Source: an uncultured Chloroflexia bacterium (GTDB lineage Bacteria > Chloroflexota > Anaerolineae > JAAYZQ01). From it: 64,000 bases of DNA. This document shows positions 63,484 through 64,000 of the stretch, one piece after another. The DNA lies in the NCBI GenBank assembly GCA_963700285.1, contig CAVOXA010000004.1, positions 1-64,000 of the forward strand, written 5' to 3'. The translations under genes were made by a program, and so were the position numbers. The number at the start of each line of letters is the position of its first letter. Position 1 is the first letter of the stretch. A model generated the notes under the pieces. The model did no database searches. It saw only the letters and a list, made by a program, of their open reading frames with translations, and had not been told where the DNA came from.

Positions 63484-63898
63484 CCCATACCTGAATTTTG
63501 CGGGCAACACAGAAGAAGCCTTTGTTTTTTACAGATCCGTTTTCGGGGGAGAGTTTGTCTCTTTCACCCGATTCAAGGATATGCCCATAGAGGGTTTTGA
63601 CCTACCCGAAGAAGCCGCAGAGAAAATCATGCACGTCGGTTTGCCCATCGGCGCCGGTCAAATGCTCATGGGAACGGATGCCCTGGAGTCGATGGGACAG
63701 ACGTTGGTGGTGGGCAACAACGTGAGCATCTCGATCCACCCCGACAGCAGGCAAGAGGCCGACCAGCTCTTCGCCGCCCTGTCGCAGGGCGGAAAGGTCC
63801 AGATGCCGATGGCCGACCAGCCGTGGGGAGACTATTACGGCGACTGTCAGGACAGATTCGGCGTCCATTGGATGATCAACTACCACCAGGAGGATTGA
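63470..63898 (+). CDS. VOC/PhnB-family protein
   Basis: NPYLNFAGN.EEAF.FY..IMH..LMGTD..PWG.YYG..DRFGVHWM. Confidence 0.9.
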   Translation: MTKFNPYLNFAGNTEEAFVFYRSVFGGEFVSFTRFKDMPIEGFDLPEEAAEKIMHVGLPIGAGQMLMGTDALESMGQTLVVGNNVSISIHPDSRQEADQLFAALSQGGKVQMPMADQPWGDYYGDCQDRFGVHWMINYHQED

Positions 63899-63903
63899 AC
63901 CCA

Positions 63904-64000
63904 ATGCCAGCAATCACCCCACATTTATGGTTTGACAAAGAAGCCAGAGAAGCGGCGCAGTTCTATACGTCCGTCTTTGACGATTCAAGGATCAACTTTA
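63904..64000 (+). CDS. VOC-family protein, truncated by the window edge
   Basis: MPAITPHLWFDKEAREAAQFY.SVF. Confidence 0.8.
   Translation, partial: MPAITPHLWFDKEAREAAQFYTSVFDDSRINF

Overview
GC-rich bacterial chromosomal window, most consistent with Chloroflexota/Anaerolineae (inferred from gene content and a GAAC-N4-GTTC LexA box). Several stretches carry single-base indels that look like long-read errors. Left to right: (1) 1-8.9 kb, a minus-strand BREX type-1-like locus (brxA-brxB-brxC...pglX) with a separately promoted AbiE type IV toxin-antitoxin pair between brxC and pglX. (2) 9-18.5 kb, housekeeping genes: UroD-family, ychF, rpsF-ssb-rpsR with a two-OB-fold SSB, a foldase, rel and rsmD. 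(3) 18.5-26.4 kb, two 14-bp tandem arrays, then HEAT and TPR proteins, 2x DUF488, a dual-OB protein and a TPR-RecQ fusion. (4) 26.7-43.5 kb, a partly duplicated and decaying general-stress island (antiporter, USP, PPase, CsbD/YggT/YtxH, NarL two-component system, baeRF-family protein, groES/EL) with three copies of a ~105-bp regulatory module. (5) 44-64 kb, a mosaic of three PaaI thioesterase copies, two PIN TA pairs, a LexA-controlled imuA/imuB/dnaE2 cassette, IS630/IS21 remnants and integron-type gene cassettes. The most novel-looking signal is three homologous ~68-bp attI-like sites, each directly ahead of an attC-bounded cassette, with no integrase in the window and a PaaI gene where intI would normally sit.
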